From the IMG/VR virus record IMGVR_UViG_3300034063_001075, positions 12,034 to 76,033 of that record: a DNA stretch of 64,000 nucleotides, one strand, 5' to 3'. The notes beneath the pieces are model-generated. The model was not told the DNA's origin. It saw nothing but the letters and a program-made list of their open reading frames with translations, and searched no databases. Below, piece by piece: positions 59,901 to 64,000 of this stretch. Within the stretch, counting starts at the first letter, position 1. The number at the start of each line of letters is the position of its first letter. The position numbers were made by a program, and so were the translations under genes. The stretch comes from a virus.

Positions 59901-62900
59901 GTTGCTTCGACTTCTTCCTTGAGCGCTTGCCCGAATTTGCCTGTGTCGATCGCGTTCACAGCCTCGTCGAGTCGAGCGACGGCACTCTTGAACCACCTAA
60001 TCATGCTAGCAATCGCTCTTCTGATTTTGTCAAAAGTTCCCTGTCCCGCTGGAGCTTCGACGTTGTAGAGAAATTCCTCGGTGAGAATGCCCGACTGTTT
60101 GAGCATGGCAACTTGCCGAATGAATTCGGCGACAGCTACTCGCTGTCCCATAGAACCCGCGTACGTATTTAGGTATTTGAACACACCCTTGGCGGTAACT
60201 TTGTTGCCTGTTGCTGAGTACAAATTGATACTATCGGCCAACGCTTGCCTGATCTGTTGTGCAGCTTTGTTCGCTTCCGCTCGCTTGGCTTTGTTTGGGT
60301 GGGTGTCGTCTTCCAGTGCCTTAACTACCGCGTCCATTTGCCCGACAATTCGCCGCGCTGCTTGGGTTGCGAACTGGTCAAATGGCAGATTGCGGCGGGG
60401 AGCAGCAGGGAGTTTGTTGTATTGCTCGGAGAGAAACTTGTAATGAGCCGCGTGAAGTAGCTCCTCCGTCAAGGCACGGTTAGTCATGCGGCGGAGATAG
60501 TCGGCATCATCTGCTCGCCCCGTTTTGGAGAGCCCCATGAAAATCTGTGTGGGGTTGAACGTTATGAATCTCAACTCCCCGGAACGTCCCGCCACGTTCA
60601 TTGAGGTTCTTGAGGTGTCTGCCGGATCGTTCGGGTCCGGAGGACGAACTCTAAGAACTATTTCGGTGTCCAGTGCCCGAGCCAAATTCAGAAAATAATT
60701 GGTGTCCCGCCATTGTTTGATGTCCCCAACAAGGGAGTTCACCTGCACAGATGGTTGATAAAGTTTCAGGGCGAGGCGTGTCGCAAAGTCATCCGGCTCA
60801 TTAAGAAGCTTGGTCAGCAACGAGTAGGTTTTGTTAGCGGTCAACGTGTCTTGTTGATCCGATAGCACCTCAAGCACCGAGTTCGGCACTCCCAAAGCTT
60901 TGAGAATGCTCGCATAGCTTTCACCGCTAACATTCGTCGAAGCCTTGTTGATTGCCGCCGCATTAGCAACGGCAGTAGCCCAACTGTCCGCCGCATTTGG
61001 GGAAGCCGCATTGAGTTGGACGGCATCGTCGAAGACCCGCTTTGCCAAATTCCTCGCCCATTGACCAACTTCTGCAACGAGGCGGCGTGTAAAGTCAGCA
61101 AGCTCAGTGGCTCCCTTACGAACGAGGTCTAGACCAACTGTAACCAAGTCGCGGTAGTTGTCGGGGGACACTTCTCCAACCGGAGGAGCTTGGAGAAGGG
61201 GTTTGAGACGCTCTTTGGCGTCCGCAACCTCTTTTGCAAAGACGATACGGACCTTGTTCCCGGCCTTGATATCCACCAAGTCCTTCGCATTGCTAGCATT
61301 GTAGTCCGGTTCGAGAAAACCACGGGGGACGGTCTGTCCAACACCGACAAACCTATCCGCCCATCCTTTTTCAATAAGGTCGTAGTTGTCTTCCGCTGTG
61401 CGCTCCACCGCGTCCTTGTCGTTGCTAGCGGGTTTGAACGGTTTTACCGGGAAGTCTTCGTCTGTCGTAAAGTCGGCTACGCCGAGGAGCCACGACTTAA
61501 CTTTTCGCACCACGTCACGGTTGACCCCGCTCGCAGTAGCTGCGTTGTCGATTGCGCGGGTGCTGTTGACCCCGCCGCGCAAGAGATTGTCTGCAATGTC
61601 CATCACCAACTCTCGGGTAAGCGGGATCGTCTCTCCCGTATTGAGGAGCGAAGACTTGGCGACAGCTTCAGTAACGAAATCTTTCAGTTCTTCTCGGCGC
61701 TCAGTCAAAATGGTCTGAGCTTCGGCTGCTTCTTCCGGGGTGACGGGTTTGCGTTTTTGAACAGCGGCCCCCCGTTCTTGCCCAACCAAAGCAGACAATT
61801 TGCCGTCTTCTGCTAGCAGCATACGGACGGCTTCTTTGTATGCCGGGGACTTGTTTTCTAGCGCCTGAGTTAGGAGACGACGGGAATCTTTACGAACTTC
61901 TGAAGCCGTTTGCTTCGCCTCTTTCTTGGTGCGAGACGGAGACGTTGTTTCGCCGGAAGGCTGAATGTCCGCCTGCGAAATCTTATCGCCTTTCGTGATT
62001 CCGGAATCCGTCTCTTCGTCGAGAGATGGGGTGCTCTTGCGGTCCAAGAATGCTTTGTCACGGGTCACAAAGTTGCTCAAGCGGTCGGGGAACCGTTGAG
62101 TGAACGCGGTGTTAAGTGACGCCGACTCGGGATCAAACCACTTGGACCCTGCGATTTCCAAAAAGAGATTTGTCGCGATTATTTGTTTGTCGTCCTCGGT
62201 TAGCTCCGAGTTGCTGTCGAGAATTTTGCGAGTTCTCGGCATTGCTTGCGCCTGTGCTAGCAAGCTGTTGACCGCGTCTTGGAAAGTGAGCCGGGGTGCG
62301 TCTTCCCCGGTGATTTGGTTCCCGGCGCGTTTGCTTTCCTGTTCCAGAAATTGCGCTGTACGCTCGGCGATTAGCTCCCGCTTGTTCGAATCCAGTCCTT
62401 CGATGGCCCCGGTGAACGACGGGTCACTCACTAGATTCTGCGGGTTTTCGTTGTACGCGATGGCTACTTTTGCCAATTCGCGAACCTGATCTGACGGAAG
62501 ACTGTCTACAAGTTCGGGAGCAACCTCTACACGACCGTCAGGTTGGCGGACGAAAAAGCCTTTGTTGAGGAGCGCATCAATCTCTTCCGTTGTTGGGGCT
62601 TCTGGGTTCAGAACTCCCGGCATTTTGTCCGGTTCTGTCCCCATTTTGTCCGGTTCTGTAGCTACATTGGCTGGTTCTGTCGCCGTTTTGTCCGGTTCTG
62701 TAGCCGCTGGAATTTCTGCGGGGGGAGCCGTAGGGGACGTGGAAAGCGGCCCTTTCCAGTCCATGAACTCTTCCGGAAGGAGGGCCACTTTTTGAACGGC
62801 GAACGGGCGATCAGACGCGGGAATGTCCAAACGCTCTCCGTTCTCATCAAAGTTTTGTGGCCCAAAATTGACCCAAGAATTTTGACCGCGAGTTTCGGTA

Positions 62901-64000
62901 GTCAGCGCTTTCTGAGCCGACTCGGAGAACATCTGGCTGTGCTTGATCCACGCGTTCTCCTCGCCCCGCGCCCCGAATTGGTAATCTTCGGCGGCGTGGC
63001 CGAAAAGGTCGTGGATGGCGCGAAGCTTATCGTTGATGGTTAGCCCGTTCTCATCAGCTTGGTTTAGGAGGGGGTGCGGTTGACCCCCTTGGAAAAAATA
63101 AAGGTGCTTGTTCTCGCGAACGTCTTGCACCATTTCGCGGGAATTTGCATACGGTTGGCCTTCTTCGGTCCACGCTTCAAAGGTGATGCCGAGTTTTTGT
63201 TCGGCATAATCCCACTGCTGCTGCACCTCAGTTGCGAGGGCGGCATACGCTTCTTGCGTTTCGGGGCTGTTGTCTAAGACAGGAAGAGCTTCGTACGCTT
63301 CCGCGATGCTCTTGGCTCTGTCTTCGTCTACAGGAGCGTAGTGGCCCCTTACAATTTCGCCGTTGCCGTAGTCCCGGTTGTATCCATCGGCCCCGTCTTG
63401 GATTTCGGGGTTTGGTTCTGCGTTCGGTCTGGTGACCTGTATGACGGTCCCCCCGGCTTCCACCCCTGCGGGGGTCTCCGGAACGGTGTCGGTTGGTCCT
63501 CCGAGTTGCTCTGTTTGCTCGGGTTGGTTTGCTTGCTGTTCATTTTGGTCTCCTTGGTTAGATAAAGGCTGTTGAGTTTCGTTCAGAATTTCAGTCGGGG
63601 TTTCAGGTTGTGTCTCGATTGTTGTGCCACCCGGCTCTGTCACCGTCGCAACCTCTGTGCTGCTAGCAGGACCAGTTTCGAAAGAATTGTTGATGCTGTT
63701 TTCTTCCAAAACCGTCTCGGAAACTGGGACTGCTGGGGTTTCCGGGGTTACCACCGGAGCGGTTTCTGTAACAGGGGCGGGAGCCACCGGGGTCTCGGGT
63801 GTAAGCAGGTTGCTTACTTCTGGACCAGCAACAGGTTCTGCCGGGATGACGGTGGGGCTGACCTCGGGTTCAACGCTAGCAGGCTGCGGTGCTACGACAG
63901 GTGGAGCAGCTTCGGGTTCGTCTTCTTTGGCTTTGAGTCCCTCTTCAACGGCGTCTAGTCCGGCCTTGCCGAGAGCCGCTTTCAGGTCTTCTACGGCTTT
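53924..64000 (-). CDS. Large polyvalent / internal virion protein, 5' end beyond the window (>3,350 aa)
   Basis: Frame is open upstream of 63787 to the window edge; zincin-like HDLFGH, EELLH and EEVDH motifs; ART-like LTHWS...YDF...AAGYSG segment; helical C-terminus. Confidence 0.8.
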   Translation of the reverse strand, partial: KAVEDLKAALGKAGLDAVEEGLKAKEDEPEAAPPVVAPQPASVEPEVSPTVIPAEPVAGPEVSNLLTPETPVAPAPVTETAPVVTPETPAVPVSETVLEENSINNSFETGPASSTEVATVTEPGGTTIETQPETPTEILNETQQPLSNQGDQNEQQANQPEQTEQLGGPTDTVPETPAGVEAGGTVIQVTRPNAEPNPEIQDGADGYNRDYGNGEIVRGHYAPVDEDRAKSIAEAYEALPVLDNSPETQEAYAALATEVQQQWDYAEQKLGITFEAWTEEGQPYANSREMVQDVRENKHLYFFQGGQPHPLLNQADENGLTINDKLRAIHDLFGHAAEDYQFGARGEENAWIKHSQMFSESAQKALTTETRGQNSWVNFGPQNFDENGERLDIPASDRPFAVQKVALLPEEFMDWKGPLSTSPTAPPAEIPAATEPDKTATEPANVATEPDKMGTEPDKMPGVLNPEAPTTEEIDALLNKGFFVRQPDGRVEVAPELVDSLPSDQVRELAKVAIAYNENPQNLVSDPSFTGAIEGLDSNKRELIAERTAQFLEQESKRAGNQITGEDAPRLTFQDAVNSLLAQAQAMPRTRKILDSNSELTEDDKQIIATNLFLEIAGSKWFDPESASLNTAFTQRFPDRLSNFVTRDKAFLDRKSTPSLDEETDSGITKGDKISQADIQPSGETTSPSRTKKEAKQTASEVRKDSRRLLTQALENKSPAYKEAVRMLLAEDGKLSALVGQERGAAVQKRKPVTPEEAAEAQTILTERREELKDFVTEAVAKSSLLNTGETIPLTRELVMDIADNLLRGGVNSTRAIDNAATASGVNRDVVRKVKSWLLGVADFTTDEDFPVKPFKPASNDKDAVERTAEDNYDLIEKGWADRFVGVGQTVPRGFLEPDYNASNAKDLVDIKAGNKVRIVFAKEVADAKERLKPLLQAPPVGEVSPDNYRDLVTVGLDLVRKGATELADFTRRLVAEVGQWARNLAKRVFDDAVQLNAASPNAADSWATAVANAAAINKASTNVSGESYASILKALGVPNSVLEVLSDQQDTLTANKTYSLLTKLLNEPDDFATRLALKLYQPSVQVNSLVGDIKQWRDTNYFLNLARALDTEIVLRVRPPDPNDPADTSRTSMNVAGRSGELRFITFNPTQIFMGLSKTGRADDADYLRRMTNRALTEELLHAAHYKFLSEQYNKLPAAPRRNLPFDQFATQAARRIVGQMDAVVKALEDDTHPNKAKRAEANKAAQQIRQALADSINLYSATGNKVTAKGVFKYLNTYAGSMGQRVAVAEFIRQVAMLKQSGILTEEFLYNVEAPAGQGTFDKIRRAIASMIRWFKSAVARLDEAVNAIDTGKFGQALKEEVEATVENFSVASEMATAVERNDGGVERGVNIEVAPDPDNVAETEKWSKLSDAQKKDLTQALAEKVLPELLRDLELRGTIQFEQGGYENTVNPSVYVAFGPEVTASEMERFAVIAGSVFQQKSVMVFDESVTSGDGISSHFVVQPSKSLSEKELAKFYSVVAKEFPEASGFSSRGGNLVFSNFSGIDDKQFQLNLEDAVAVASRDLRIQAEVVYTRFQSALLEDLKDKAKQTDYGRDTTTARTQQRRDQLPETKTGGNLSRRTGGYSGITDLFKQGLNDAVEQLQGKGARRVRQDASGGSEGAIQLGIAERESGLSKAKTGTFQLFKDKWVNLTHWSGRDNLKQTDPKSYGSYGAGKESARRRDYKKEWVDRTFAAYGKYTREPVIGRSRYTLRVDGNAIYDFNKDPDDLFPTREELRKRGYAPFDEAAANTIYEKKIKAAGYSGFVNSRLNVVALFEKAPATKVQDSDKAARLASATPEATVEPPPPSLSGKQLTLKEGQDHLVSEVKRQVGDNADIVVEDSTKLRGGTSSAFVEHDANGRPTVYISREHIDRLIKGRTQAAATAALTKIADEEVDHIATVKAVGWTKIQEIAERLGVSEREAIAQTYLSRSNYNTDAEYESAVKRWAGTAEDMTSDERSLALKILGAEHLRQVGQKARSGETTEDTYRHFNDPDFISTVLNYLAKLVKQIQTRLQIGFDPELQQTIENINAVRRELAALPAVEKQALAELEASNINRNQAKRLLNFSESQTPQTFGDRERKTTRSLLRALLAQNDDVAKRLKEKTYIPDYYDEDNYVAESYIRSLMDEGSDPEALADKLKGTVPPEGMTMVQFILAKAQLARKLFNTATALQEEAFKGGSTAKLELVRYLKDVREDVMNDLSEIATLYGQGLRAFKEVADQLDPYGAIRALNGGIRKVHKEVIGSDASMRALFARVQSAVESGSDDALKDVGELLNKLVVNTSQGTVKQKKLLMELLKALYEIYDDKTLTRSRKSEASVPVMERYVQDLSKKISNLLLADSNQAQSGPVLAIVANEIRGVVQTAIKKELKRVTEEELKKKFTEEELEMALQQSKDGQAQKILDKLSQAILSRPWAERMFEETRSKILRDIEKRREDNKSVPLTDAQIEALEEMKLGNVLIDDNLMKVVRDAYDFRAEIRKHVLSQEASEDTLVNLFQSKFNISPKVAEAVAEAIRVAYKRNVKAAIEAEIKRTVASANAPEKEKKVANSAMQDLLELANMGTFSNEAFYNAVAKQFKLPQYDKEFSRKVEKEADRIQRMPDKSDARAEAAKQLLTQISKKHTDTLKKQDIRAWAKLYFMDVPLAVWQAGVLSGVPTQLVNVSMSNLHILMRSLSSAAGYAWADKNASLGDRSLYFADAVVGYLGALGMFSEEGMPNAVTTAFRKGMATGSTRFRNEKADEFGVLEKVDMKALTFHKYVGRVMVAADAGNAAIASEVKSRMALRYALSTGQLKANQEAFEELLNPSESAIQNARRQAEQEAKAGLFDPSELTLAGIKGDARKAQIEKLRDVGIQNRMVELLEQRRFELMPDLKRQARGTAEGWTFNAQAKGILGQVLSGLIGEMNRRVGVTRFVFSFMNTLANLLNAALDFSPVGILRAYGLTPSAILPSDSVYRWDVDENGTKRPIEAGSPEFYEKVFMGVSGSLTYLALTLMVLKGFEDEEEGKEPWFAVYGEGPTDKAQRQQLEAAGWQPSTVKFGSLRLRFTDLPLVNLPLSIFGTISDVYRYEKGGEKTAGDRAWAAAVGAFSSITSKSLFAGASNFFKIFTGDPNQTQSGLKQITSGIVGGYTNPSMLRWIRSTFAMGEDGMVNKLDYSTTEGWLYSMVPLSLGYNKAAIDYRGNEIKDYPWTATTRRFGVIEPRPLNEADTKLVTAGLRLTGPSKTTEIVLPKKDGTTIQIPVGRYADVWRAFQKYRGEYVDRIVTDELASKLATAAQKDRDAVQTALSSELGPDANAYAKAKVQKDIANGRLKVPIE

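Noticed and set aside
53924-64000. Virion RNA polymerase that could read the early promoters
   Set aside because: No DxDGD or T7-type polymerase motifs recognised in the visible part; the missing N-terminus cannot be judged
1-64000. Stop-codon reassignment or a diversity-generating retroelement
   Set aside because: Genes are intact under the standard code and use all three stops; no reverse transcriptase or TR/VR pair seen

Overview
The whole window is a tailed dsDNA phage, probably a temperate podovirus-like one. No host genes are visible and both ends are cut inside very large minus-strand genes. From 1 to 17.6 kb (minus strand) is the late module: terL, portal, scaffold, major capsid, tail/fibre genes, a muramidase, and a >1,600-aa Ser/Thr/Asn/Gln block protein that the ORF track missed. 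From 17.7 to 19.9 kb are an attP containing the 5' half of a tRNA-Leu, a tyrosine integrase and two ribbon-helix-helix regulators. From 19.8 to 33.4 kb (plus strand) is the replication module: RuvC-like resolvase, SNF2 helicase in frame with a Cas4-like nuclease, putative SSB, family A polymerase, primase-helicase and dCMP deaminase. A repeat-rich non-coding region and a terS-like gene lie at 33.4-34.8 kb. From 34.8 to 48.3 kb (plus strand) is an early/host-interaction region with two MoxR-AAA+/VWA pairs and many small ORFs. From 48.5 kb to the end (minus strand) is a second structural block ending in a >3,350-aa polyvalent protein. The most unusual signals are: (1) nine copies of a fixed-spacing element TGATAC-N12-TGTGGATAAG, whose core is a perfect DnaA box, sitting just before early start codons; (2) about 80 copies of the palindrome GCTAGC; (3) the giant polar block-copolymer protein; (4) a cluster of structured and tRNA-like RNAs where early and late transcription converge; (5) an attP carrying the 5' rather than the 3' half of the tRNA. 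All counts and folds were done by eye, and family calls come from motif recognition, not database searches.
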